A stretch of 64,000 nucleotides of DNA, from positions 15,996,001 through 16,060,000 of the forward strand of contig CM022677.1 in NCBI GenBank assembly GCA_012295275.1. Reading direction: 5' to 3'. The position numbers were made by a program, and so were the translations under genes. The notes beneath the pieces were generated by a model. That model searched no databases. It saw nothing but the letters and a program-made list of their open reading frames with translations, and was not told the origin of the DNA. Each line of letters opens with the position of its first letter. Position 1 is the stretch's first letter. The DNA comes from Chrysomallon squamiferum. Its lineage: Eukaryota > Animalia > Mollusca. Of this stretch, positions 1 to 13,274 are shown piece by piece.

Positions 1-487
1 TCACGATTTGCATTGAAAACTGCTGTACTTAACTTTACAGAAGATTAATTAACTGTTAGGTGTTTTGTAAGAACTAATTATAATGATGATGATGGCATTA
101 AGATTAATGCACTTGGTCACTTACTTCATGAGAATGATAAATGATTAAGTTACATTAACTACGAAACAGCTTAAACATGAACAAGATAATAAACGTGTTT
201 GTATGTGTGCTAAAGGTGTTGTTTGCGCGCGCATGTGTGTGTGTGTGTGTGTCAAGTTCATATGTGCATGTTTATTTATATAAAAATAAATATCTAGTTA
301 ACAAGAGGTTTACTATATGGCAACAGAAATATTTTTCTGAAGAGTCCAGTGCACATTATTGTCACAATTCATGTTAGTTATCTGGCTTTTTTGTTGTTTT
401 TTTTTTTTTTTTTTGCTTTTTTTTTTATTTTATTATTTTTTTTGTTTTTAAATTAAGGTTTAGATATACACTTTTTTTTTTTTTTCA

Positions 488-542
<55 letters not shown>

Positions 543-906
543 GTCATTTTAAGTTACTGAAATGCAGATAAGGGTGTGGTTTTTTTTTAACACGTTTTGT
601 AATAATGTGTGTATGTAGCAATGAGTAAGAAATCTGTTTTGTGTCAACAATAATAAATGAAATTCAAATTATGTTATTCTTACTGAAACTTAGACAAGAT
701 GTCTGGAGTTTTTTGTTGTTCTTTTCTCTTTATTTATTTATTTATCTATTTATTTATTTATTTACTTATTTACTTATTTATTTATTCACTGGTTTGTTTG
801 TTTGTTTGTTACTCTTAAATAAAATTAAACCTACAATTAGAAGGAAAAACATTAAGATCCAGTTGAACATTTTATATTCATGTATAATAATTTGTAGGAG
901 GAAAAC

Positions 907-959
<53 letters not shown>

Positions 960-1267
960 GTTCCTTGCACGGTCTGTTACACAACCAATTAGCGCAAACA
1001 ATCAGTCCCGTGTGACAATATTTAACATATTAAATAATATCTGCACTGCAGTGACTCTGTAATTTTAGAACACTCTGATAAAGACAGATCAAACCTGATA
1101 CCAACCTTTCTAGTCTTCACACTAGTTCATGCATTAACATACGGCTTAAACACAAATGCTTTATAAGCCTATTGTTCTGTTACTGCTGTGGCTTTATTTT
1201 CAACAAAGCCTGGTTTCCACGATTCAGCCTTTCAAAAAGTTTCAGCACTGTTGGTTTAATATCTCAA

Positions 1268-1545
1268 GATAGTAGAAAACCACCAGTGGCAAGATATCCA
1301 AACGTTCTAGAAAACCGTCAATGGCAAGATATCTAAACATTCTAAAATACATCATTGCTAAGATATCTAGACATTCTAAAACAAAATCATTGCTAAGATA
1401 TCTAGACATTCTAAAACAAAATCATTGCTAAGATATCTAGACATTCTAGAAAATCATCATCGACAACGTATCTGATCATTTAGGAAAACCACCATCGACA
1501 AGATATCTAGGCATTCTAGAAAACCCACCACTGGCAAGATATCTC
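1268..1545. repeat. Minisatellite, ~33-34 bp unit (AGATATCTAGACATTCTAAAACAAAATCATTGCTA), ~8 copies
   Basis: Direct tandem repetition visible in the sequence. Confidence 0.85.
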
Positions 1546-2482
1546 AAAATAACCGACTAGGTTAAGTTTCTTTTAGGTACATTTCACAGAAATAACTGGC
1601 ATTGGGAGGCATGTGTTACACTAAAAGTTATCAGCAAAAGGATTAAATTAATGTAATACAGATAAAATATTATATAAAATCTTTGTCCATTAAACTTTTC
1701 ATGTATCTGAATTAGTAGAAATTAATACATAAATTCACTCATGGAACTGTAAATATAAACAAATAACAACATGCTACAAATTTACAACATTCTGATCTAA
1801 AATTGAAAAATAAAAAATAAATAAAACTGGTCTGTTATTAACTGTTTATCTACTTAAATTGGGAACACAAAACTACACTTCACCCTCAGGACAGAAAATA
1901 AAAGTAATTAGAATTGTGCTGAAGATTTACTGTATTTTATAATTAAAAAGCAAATTTCGAACTCCCCATAATCAGTTCAAGTGATGAACACGAAAAAAAA
2001 ACAGTCTTTATACTGAAAACAGCAAACATGGACTCCATATTCAATGACATTGATATCATCAGTGTAGTATAAATCACTAGAACAGTTCTATAAATTTACC
2101 GTATTTTGTTATTAGAAAAGATATACTGGTTTATGCATTTTACATAATGACATAATTTTACCTTGTAAATGTTCGTAACTTGATACCCCTCCTATGTAAA
2201 TCATTTTTACTGCAGTATTCTATCACACTTTATGCCATGACAAGGACAAAGGTTTTGTTTTAAAGAAATAAATATTCTAACATTTTGAAAAAAAAAAAAA
2301 AAATAATATAATAAATCATTAAATGGATTATATAAGACGTAACAACAACTGTTTCAATGTGCATTGTGAATAAACGGATAAAAAGAACAAAACGAATAAG
2401 AATAAAGATGATGATGATGGTGATAATAACAAAATAACAAAATAATAAATGTGATGATGATGATGATGATAAATAATAATAA

Positions 2483-2513
<31 letters not shown>

Positions 2514-2729
2514 AAGAAGAAGAAGAAGAAGAAGAAGAAAGAAAGAAAGAAATTAATTAATTAATTAAAAAATATATATTTTTATTTATTTCTGTTTTTT
2601 ATGATTCTAAACTGCTATATTTGTTTCTGGCAAAATAGAATAATTTTATTTATTTATTTTTTGATTATTATAAAAAAAATTATTTGGTGATTATAAAAAA
2701 AATTATCTGGTGATCTCTCTGCACCTTGA

Positions 2730-2790
<61 letters not shown>

Positions 2791-4334
2791 GCATATATTA
2801 ACAAACACAAACATGAATAAACACAAAAAACATTTCTTAAATCTTTCCTCAAACTCCCCTGCAACAATATATTAATATTTAATAAGTGAATATTACACAA
2901 CACAGAAGGAGAGAGAGAGAGACAGAAAGACAGACAGAGAGACACACACACATACATACAAACAGATACCCATTTCAAAATTGTCGAAGTTCAGAACATT
3001 TGCACTAAAATATACACGTTTTTAATGGAAAAATGTTACTACAAAAGAACAAAGAACTGAAGAGAAACTACAGCAAACATCAAACAATAACTCCATGCTG
3101 ACACACTTTTGTTTTGTGATGCTGTATAACAAGCCTCTCTCTCTTTTGTTTATCTGTGTATCTGTCTGAACAGTGGTTACCAATTAAAATATTGATCACA
3201 CTTTTTTTTTTCCCTAGCCATTTTCTGCTCTGTTGTCTGCAGTTACCAAGGGACAACAAGTACACTGTATACTACAAACTTGAAATTAACAATCTCTGAT
3301 AAAGATATATATATATGCATATTATATAAGCATATAAGCACACATAAACAAGACCGTATATTCATATTATCGAATAATGTGGGTTAATCAATACAAAGTC
3401 CTCACATATGTCATAATTATTTATATTTGCTTCATAACCATTTAATTATGAAAATGAAAAGATTGCCTTACTTTATAAAATTATATATGTATATTTATTC
3501 TGCTATATACAGCTGGAGAACACAGATATAAAATCTGCATCATTCTCTATGTCTATCTTTATGTACATGTGTGTGTGTGTGGGTGTGTGTGTGTATGTGC
3601 ATGCATGTGTATTTGTATTAAAATTGACTTCTTTCAAATTCAGACCACTGAAGTTTTATAGTTTTAAACTGCTAACATTTTAACCTATTCTTGTGACAAG
3701 TGGATATATCCACTCAAAATGCTGTTACTATGATAGAGCAATGCAACTACTAATCTTTTGATTTTTGCCAGGAGATCTTTTTAATAAGACGAGTTTAAGG
3801 GTTAATTTAGACTGACATTAAACATGGACAATGATGACACATGCTCGAAATAACAAAACTGTGACCAATACTAGAGATTGTACTGTATTTTGTATTTACG
3901 ACGAATAAAAACTGGTCGTATTATGTTTCTCCTCTACAGGCAGGTTATTATTATTATTCTTTTAAATGTGATTGCAGTTAGAGCCCAAGAATGTGTTAAT
4001 AATTAATTCCATCCATGACCTGACTGGTTATGTTTCTCCCTGTTTTGCTTACAATCACTGATGTCACTGTTTTGACAACAGTTGCTCGCAGATCAGAGTC
4101 TTAATACATAATTAATAATTAAGTGACAAATCAAAATGAATGAAGCAATGCATGAATACATTGTCTGCTAATTTAGAGACTACTTACTGTAGCTGTGGTT
4201 ATGATGTATGATAACTGTGTGTGTGTGTGTTGAAGAATTTTGTTATGCATTTTCCTCATCTGTTCGAATTAATGGATGGAAGATGTATTTAACAGCATGT
4301 CAATATTTCTCTTTTCATTTGTTTGTTGTTGTTG

Positions 4335-4580
4335 TTTTTTTTAAAAGATAATCAATATATATTTTTTATTAGTTTATTTAATGATATATCAATGTTTTCT
4401 ACTACTACTATGTTTTTTTTTTTTTTAAAGATAATCCATATATTTTTTATTAGTTTATTTAATTATATATCAATATTTTCTAATGTTACTATGTTTGTTG
4501 GGTTTTTGTTTTTTTAGAGATAATCAATATATTTTGTATTAGTTTATTTAAAGATACATCAATGTCTTCTACTACTACTG
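4335..4580. repeat. Tandem triplication of an ~85 bp AT-rich unit (AAGATAATCAATATATTTTTTATTAGTTTATTTAA...)
   Basis: Three diverged direct copies. Confidence 0.75.
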
Positions 4581-5200
4581 TGTTATATAGCACCACCACC
4601 ACCACTACTACTACTACAACAACTACTACTCATACCACTGCTACTATTAATAATGTCTGTACTATAACTGTTGCTACTATGACTGCTACTTCTCCAGCTA
4701 TCACTGTCACTACTGCTACAGCTAACACCACCATTACTACTACTACTACAACTACCACACCTGCTTCTACCACAACTACAACTGCTATTATATAACCTCA
4801 ACTACTAATACCCAAATGCTACTACTACCAACATCACTACCAAAACTACTAGAACTTCTACTACTACTACTACTACTACTATAGCTATTTTTCTAATTGG
4901 CGTAACCTTGTAGTAGATATTTAACCATTAAGGGATTACATAACATCCTTTTGAGCAAATTTTAAAATATTATATTCAGTGCTTCTAATTTAAATTTATT
5001 CATGCAGTTTTTTTTTGTTTTTTTCTATTTATTATACACATATTATATGAAGTAAATATTTATGATTTCATGAATTATTGAACACCTGTTTTCCTGAATA
5101 CTAATTATGCTACCACTGTTCTATTGATTACCAGAAAAAAAAAAAAAAAAAGTGACACACATAAAAGATAAATAAGAAAACATTTCAACTGTAGCTATAT

Positions 5201-5244
<44 letters not shown>

Positions 5245-6206
5245 ATGTATGAGAAGGAGATAGAGAGTGTGTATGTGTTTGAGAGAGAGAGAATGTGAAC
5301 ATGTATGTACATGTGTGTCTGAGAGAGAGATAGAGAGAGAGATAAAGAAAAAAAAATGATATGATAATGTAAGAATTTCAATTATTTATACGTGTCTAAT
5401 CTATAAGTATGTGAATGAATGTGTGCATGTAATAGGTTGTCAGGATAGATGTATGCATGCATGTAATGTATACTCTGCACTCAAAGACACACACACACAA
5501 AAATATATTGATTGTAAAGACAACCTATGGATATGTGTATACATGAGACTACAAGGAAAGATTTATAAATACCTATATATTTATATGACCATATGACACT
5601 AGTTAGCTAAGATATGTGGTGTTTGTTTTGATCAAACATGCATAATATTAATATGACAAATATATATATATATATATATATAATATATATATATATATCA
5701 GTGGTCTCCTTGACCTTTGTAAAAGGGATGACAGGAATCAGAATAACTGGTTCAAGTTAAACGAAGGGAAGGTATAGAAAATGTTCATGGTACAAGTAAT
5801 TTGGACAAACATTCAAATTACTTGTTTGTCCAAAACTACTCCTATAAATAATTGCATCGAGTGCATTAACTATTAACAAGTTCATTGTACTAGCAATTAA
5901 ATAAAATCAAAGTGTTTGTTTAATTTGTTACACAAAACCAAGTTCACTAAATAAACGGATAGCAGATATGGCTGCTGTTGATGTTGAACTCATCCTAAGC
6001 TGTAAGGGACAGTAGACCCACCATCTCTTACAGTATGTCGCAAGACCTCTGCATGCGTGTGTGTGTGTGTGTCTGTGTATCTGTGTGTGTGTGTGTTTTT
6101 GTGTGTATATACATATACATATATATATATTTCAGTTGTAGCTATATTACTTTATTTTTACAAATATCTATAAATTTACTGTATGTCGTTGTTAGAAAAG
6201 ATTATA

Positions 6207-6271
<65 letters not shown>

Positions 6272-6961
6272 ATGATCAATACTTATTAACAACAATACAT
6301 TTATTATTATTTCTATTTTCATCTTGATTTCTTCTTTTTTTGTTTTGTTCTCTGTTCCACATCAATAATACTGTTTTGATGTCAGGGCTGAATAACCCAG
6401 GAACACTTTCTTTTTATATATATATATATATATATATGTAGTACATATGTATAAATAAAGACATTAAAGAAGTGATTGTATGAGAACATGCATCAGCTGT
6501 TGTCATCTTGATTTGGTATGTAAAAATCCTTGTTAATTTATACTTGGGTGTTGTTGTTTTTTAAACTTGGCTGATTTTTTTGTTAGGTTTTTCTTTGGGT
6601 TTTGTTTGTGTAAATATTGTATTACATATATATCACTGTAGATATTTCTACACACGCAAACACATATATATATAAAAACACACAGATAGCTAGATATAGA
6701 AGATAGATATGTGTGTGTGTATGTGTGTGTTTTGTCTTATTTTTTTAACTCCCCTTTCTCACCTTCTTCTCACCTATTAGCAGAAGAAAGGCAATGGCAT
6801 ATTAATCTAAATTTAAGTATAATCTGAATGGAAATTAACAGAATTTTCATTTTACATTTCTGGTTTATTTTTCAACAATCACAAAAATGTATTTGCTGCT
6901 TAAAACTGTTGCTTAGTTCTGAAGAAATTCAAACACAGAAATAACTGGGCAAGACAAATTT

Positions 6962-7027
6962 TCATTTAAATAAACAGGCAATCCAGTGTGCACTATTTGA
7001 TTCTATTTTTGAATTCACTATCTTGAT
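6962..7027 (-). CDS. Candidate short terminal exon of SBP2L (IKIVNSKIESNSAHWIACLFK*)
   Basis: AATTTTCAG acceptor shortly downstream of a (TTA)n tract, as for several confident exons in this window. The phase-0 frame ends at TGA 6964-6962. No homology support. Confidence 0.35.
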   Translation of the reverse strand: MKIVNSKIESNSAHWIACLFK

Positions 7028-7068
7028 CTGAAAATTATTCTTAATAAAATGATTCTCTTATTATAAAA

Positions 7069-7208
<140 letters not shown>

Positions 7209-7217
7209 GCAATACTA

Positions 7218-7259
<42 letters not shown>

Positions 7260-7536
7260 TAATAATAATAATAATAACAACAAGAAAAGGTAAAAATCAG
7301 TCAAATAAATCACATTACTATTCTAACAGTTACCAAGATACAGTAGACAAATTAAGAAACATAAATCGCCACAAGAATAAACAACAATAAAAAAAAAAAA
7401 AAAAAAGAATACGTAACTAAAACGATCCAAAACAGGCAAAAAATCACTTCTCGTAATGAAAATAAAAACACAATAAAGAAATACGAGGCTAAAAATCATA
7501 AATTAAAACAAAACGTAAAACAAAACCAACTCTTAC

Positions 7537-8292
7537 CGCTTTGGCAACCTGACTGTAAGACAACGGAGTATTGCTGGCACCGTCGCGACTCGCAGCGCTG
7601 TTGTGCAGCAGCTGCGGGAACTCCTCTTCGTCCTCGAAGTACAGCGTAACATCCGAAGTCCTCGACAAGTTCGAGCTGGAGAACGTCCTTCCCGTGGCAG
7701 ACAGACCGTCGCTATGGATACCGTCGTCGTCCCTGCTCTTCTTTTTCCTGCGACGATTTCTTTTCCGCTGTTGTTGCTGTTGCTGTTGCTGCTGCTGCTT
7801 TTCTTCTTCTTCCGTCTTCATTGATTGCGTTCCCCTCATCGAGGCTTTGATGATGATGATTATGATGAGGATGAGAATGAGGATGATGAGGATGATGATC
7901 GCCACCACGCTCCCCTGCCATCTTAGTTCTTTCAGGGGAGATAATGAGGTGCGTGTGCGGGTGCCTATCACAGAATTCGTTCCTCGCGACATCGGAACTC
8001 CTCTGAGCGATGTTGGCGTACGACAGCTTCGCGGCGAGGGGGGGCGCGTTCTGGAGGACGCGTGCAGGGGGCGGGGGGTCGGGGCTGCGCTCCCCCGCAC
8101 ACACCGGGTGGGTCCCGTTGGAGCGGACGTTCCTGCGGTGAAGGGGGCTGCTGTAGCCGCTGTCCGAGTCGACCTCTTCGGAGTCGGAGGTGAGCGTGTC
8201 GTCCACGCGACGATGGTAGCTGCGCCGCTGGACGATGTACAGAGAGTTCGGCCGGTCTGAGAGGGTCAGGTTTGACCAAGTGTCGGGAAAAT
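7537..8292 (-). CDS. SECISBP2L: SBP2L exon 6 (DFP...DSDSGYSSP...His tract...[+1 frame change]...RKRNRRRKKK...LYFEDEEEF...LSYSQVAKA)
   Basis: TTCTCAG acceptor, GCG|GTAAGA donor, GC/CpG-rich. DSDSGYSSP and LYFEDEEEF lie in different reading frames. Confidence 0.85.
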
Positions 8293-8679
8293 CTGAGAAA
8301 AAATATAAATAAAAACGAATAAAATGAAAATGAATAAATAAAAGTAGAAGATGTATACATGGAATTTGATGATAAATGTTAATTTGTAGGTTTGGATTTC
8401 AAAAATATATGCAAGGAAAAGCACAACAATAAATAAATATATAAATAAATAAAATAAATACATAAATAAATAAATAAAATAAATAAATAGAGTAAATAAA
8501 TAAATAAATAAATAAAATAAATAAATTCATAAGTAAATAAACAAATAAATAAATAAAAGAATTAAACAAATAAAATAGAAAATAAATAAAGAGTAAATAA
8601 ATAAATACATAAATAAATAAATAAATAAATAAATAAAAATAAATATAAAAAATAAATAAAGAGTAAATAAATAAATACA

Positions 8680-8710
<31 letters not shown>

Positions 8711-10994
8711 ATAGAAAATAAATAAAATAGAAAATAAAGAATAAATAAATAAATAAATACATAAGTAAATAGAAAATAAATAAATAGAAAATAAATAAAA
8801 TAGAAAATAAATAACTGTAAATAAATAAATAAATACATACATAAATAAATAAATAGAAAATAAATAAATAGTAAATAAATAAATAAACAAATAGAAAAAA
8901 AAAAAAAAAAACAAACTGTAAATAAATAAATACATAAGTAAATAAATAAATAAATAAATACATAAATAAGTAAGTAAGTGAAATGCTGATAAAATTCATG
9001 TTTTTTTATGATGTTTATAATTTAAAGCGTTTCTAGGCCAATCATGAACAAAAGGTGTAATAAAATTATTTATAATTCAGATTTGCTTGTTTGGGTGATC
9101 TATCATCATTCATAACAAAGTACAACAACAATAAAAACAAGCAGTGTTTCAAACAACTGTTACATCCTATCACTAGAGCAGTGGCAACTTCCATCATCCA
9201 TGTCAACGATATTTGTATTTATTTCTCTTGAAAGTATGTAGAATACATTCATAAAACTGCTCTAGGACATCTGTTGAATATATTTATATAACTTCTCTAT
9301 GACATATGTAGAATATATTTATACAACTTCTATTGGAAGTATTTAAAATACATACAATTTCTCTTGAAAGTATGTAGAATACATTCATAAAACTGCTCTA
9401 GGACATCTGTTGAATATATTTATACAACTTCTATTGGAAGTATGTAAAATATATACAATTTCTCTTGTAAGTGTGTAGAATATATTTATACAATTTTTCT
9501 AGGACATATGTAGAATATATTTATACAACTTCTCTTAGACATATGTAGAATATATTTATACAATTTCTGTTGTAAGTGTGTAGAATATATTTATTTCATT
9601 TTTCTAGGACATACATAGAATATATTTATACAACTTCTATTGGAAGTATGTAGAATATATTTACACAATTTCTCTTGGACATATGTATTTATATTTTATA
9701 CAACTTCTCTTGAAAATATGACAGGGTGAAAACACATTTTTTTTTTGTTGTTTTTTTTGCCTCACCAATCAGGCCATTCTCAGCAACATTTTCACTTTTA
9801 ATATTTAAACTGCATTTTAAAAACATGATGTCGTATCATGAAAAAACCATAATAACAACACAGGATAAAGTTTTTGCTTGCCCAATGCCATTTTGATTAA
9901 CCTGTTGGTGATAGGGCATCCAAGACATGCATGCCCTGGTATGGAGAATAAATTTAGACAATTCCACTGTAAAATCGCAGGTGCATTTTGAATATATTTA
10001 GACAATTCCACTATAAAATTGAGGGTACTTTTCTGAATATATTTAGACAATTTCTCTGTAAAATTAAGGATACGTTTTGAATATATTTACACAATTCCCC
10101 TATGAAATTCAGGGTTCATTTTGAATATATTTAGACAATTCCTCTGTAAAATCGAGGATACATTTTTAATATATTTAGACAATTTCTGTATAAAATCGAG
10201 GGTACATTTTGAATATATTTAGACAATTTCTCTGTAAAATTGCTGGTGCATTGTGAATATATTTAGACAATATATTTTTAATATATTTAGACAATTTCTG
10301 TATAAAATCGAGGATACATTTTGACTATATTTAGACAATTTCTCTGTAAAATTGCAGGTGCATTGTGCTGATTTGCATACCTGTTTGAGCACTGACATCT
10401 TTAAGGATGATTGTCTTTGTTCTTGTCATGTAGTTATTAGAGTACTGTCCATTGCTTTCATCTGATGGCCAAGGGTCAGTGCCTTTGTTATAATCTTCAT
10501 TTACATGTCTCTGAAATGTAACAGAGAAATAAAATAAAAATACAAAATAAAAATGAAATGAAATACAAAATACAAAATGAAATGAAATGAAATGAAATAA
10601 AATAAAATTAAATAAAAAACAATAAAAAAAAAAAAAAATAAAAATAAAATAAAATAAAAAATAATAAAAATAAAAATAAAAAAAAATAAAAATATAATAA
10701 AATGAAATAAAAAAAATAAATAAATAAAATAAAATAAAATAAAATAAAATAAAATAAAATAAAATAAAATGAAATAAAATAAAATGTAAATGAAAAAAAA
10801 AAAAAAAAAAAAAAAAACACAAAATGAAATAAAATAATTTTAATAAAAAATATAGAATAAAATAAAATAAGATATAAATTCACTAGAACAAATCAGACAG
10901 AACAGAACAGAATAATCTGAAGAAAAGAAAACTGAGCAGAAATTAATAGAACTGTGTGGAAAGTAACAAAACAGATCACACACTTGTATAGAAG

Positions 10995-11026
<32 letters not shown>

Positions 11027-11056
11027 CATAATAATAATAATAATAATAACAACAAC

Positions 11057-11093
<37 letters not shown>

Positions 11094-13185
11094 TTTAAAT
11101 ATACAATAAAAAATAATAAAATAAAATTATAAAAATAACAGAAAAAGAATTAAAAATATTAGACTCTAATGAAATGTATTGTAACATAATATTCATTCTT
11201 ATTATAAAACCTATGTATACATACATATATATTCATACATACATAATATATATACATAAATCCACACACACACACACACACACATATAAAAATACAATAA
11301 ACAAGAAATTAAATTTACTATTAACATATCAGTTGACACCCAACACTTTACACACACACACACGCACACACACATATATAGAAAACAACACAATAAACAA
11401 GATATTAAATTTACTATTTCATTGCAACATCTGACACCCAACACTAACCTGAGAATATCTGTTTGTGTTTGAGCCGAACTTGACCCGACCTTGACCTCTT
11501 CCGCGACCTACAAATTTGGGTGCTTGAATCCCCATTCCCCCAACGGGAATGGCTCCATTGATTCCTGGGTGAATGAAAGTGGGTATCACAGGTGACAATT
11601 GAGGGGTGGGTAACAGCCCATCCCCTAGATCTGTACCCCCGTCGAACGGCATGCCTGCTATTGTAGGTACCGCAGGTATGAAATTAGACAGAACGAGAGG
11701 CGTGACCCAAGGGTTGCCTGGCGACACGAATTTCCGCTGTCGATTTGCCTTTCCACGAACTAGAAATGGAAACAAATTAATAAAAAGAATGATAAAAAAA
11801 AAAATATATATAATAATAATTTAAATAAAAATAATAATGATAATAATAATAATAATATTTTAAATAATAATAATAATAATAAAATAATAAAAATAATAAC
11901 AATAATTTTAAATAATAATAATAATAATTTAAATAATAATAAAAATAACAAAATAATAAAAATAATAACAATAATAATAATAATAATAATAATAATTTAA
12001 ACAATAATAATAATAACAATAATAATAAATAAAAAATAATAATAATAATAATTTAAACAATAATAATAATAATAATACCAATATTAGACTGGACTTAATA
12101 ACAGACAGACCCACACAGATATCACTTACTAAGATCCATGTTTAAATACAGCGCTTTCTTGACTTGCTTTCTGAATTAAACAGATTTAATACTGTCATGT
12201 CACGACACTAGTGTTATACAGACCACGCTCAAACATGTGTTTTTTATTTATATAGGTTTTCATAGTGTGAGGGTTCTTTTTTTTCTTTTTTTCGCATCTG
12301 CATGAAATTACATCTGTATCTATCATCTTCACATCCTTTTTGTTTGTTTGTTGACTAGACCAGAAGTGACTCAGAATGATACTGCTCTCTGTAGATCACT
12401 TGTTGTTGTTGTTGTTTGTTGTTGTTGTTGTGCAGGTAGTCTCTCTTCTTCGGCTGTTGCAGGTTTATGCAGTTTTGGACAACATGTTCAATAATCTATA
12501 CATATTTTCTTCTTTGTGGTTTATTTTTTTTTTTTTTTTTTGGTGTTTTTCTTGTTTACGAACGTGACAAAGGGGTAACAAAATTCTTTCATCATCTTTT
12601 TTATTTCTTTTTTTTTTTTTCTAACAAAATGATTTCACTCTTCTTCTTGTTGTTGCTGTTTTGTTTATAACTATTAATCTTTTAACAAACTAATTATTTC
12701 AAATTAAGTTCTAACATAAATTACTTTTTCTTGAAATAAATTCAGTTTGATTTATCGGTTTTTTAATCTGAAAAGGGCTGATAAGCATTTCATCTACATG
12801 CTCACTCACACACACACAGACATGCACACAAAACATGCATTCTTGATATTATACACACACACACACATATATACATACAGGCATAGCACACTTTACGTTA
12901 TATGACATCCACACATGTACACACTTTATATTATACACTGACATACACACACAGGTATAGCAAACTTTACATGTAGTACCAAACACCACATGACACCCAC
13001 ACATTTCAGTTTAACACCTGATAATCAATATAAAATAGAAGGAAACAAGTAAAATAAATTTCACAGGTGCTATAAAAGTTGATTACAAATTTACCTGAGA
13101 ATGGACGACTTGCACCTCGACCTCTGTTGTGCCACCAAAGTCCTCCTCTGAAATAATCAATTATTATTAAACTGTATTAGAAATA

Positions 13186-13274
<89 letters not shown>

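Noticed and set aside
1268-1545. Regularly spaced ~33-bp partly palindromic repeats resembling a CRISPR array (also 58350-58566)
   Set aside because: Units are contiguous with no unique spacers, the context is eukaryotic and there are no cas genes.
4562-4880. Thr-rich mucin-like ORF (similarly 16340-16650 and 60230-60630)
   Set aside because: Degenerate ACT/AGT trinucleotide tract with no splice signals or unique coding sequence.
6850-6964. In-frame TGA codons after the candidate terminal exon read as selenocysteine (autoregulation idea)
   Set aside because: No SECIS could be identified by eye, the downstream frame looks non-coding, and the exon itself is uncertain. A SECISearch run on the minus strand of 1-6960 would be needed.
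7571-8260. 229-aa plus-strand ORF
   Set aside because: Antisense shadow of GC-rich SBP2L exon 6, with no recognisable protein features.
8399-8999. Long F/I/Y/L-rich ORFs resembling membrane proteins (also 33958-34452, 43208-43670, 52731-53210, 62360-63357)
   Set aside because: Translations of (TTTA)n, (TTA)n and (TAG/ACT)n microsatellites.
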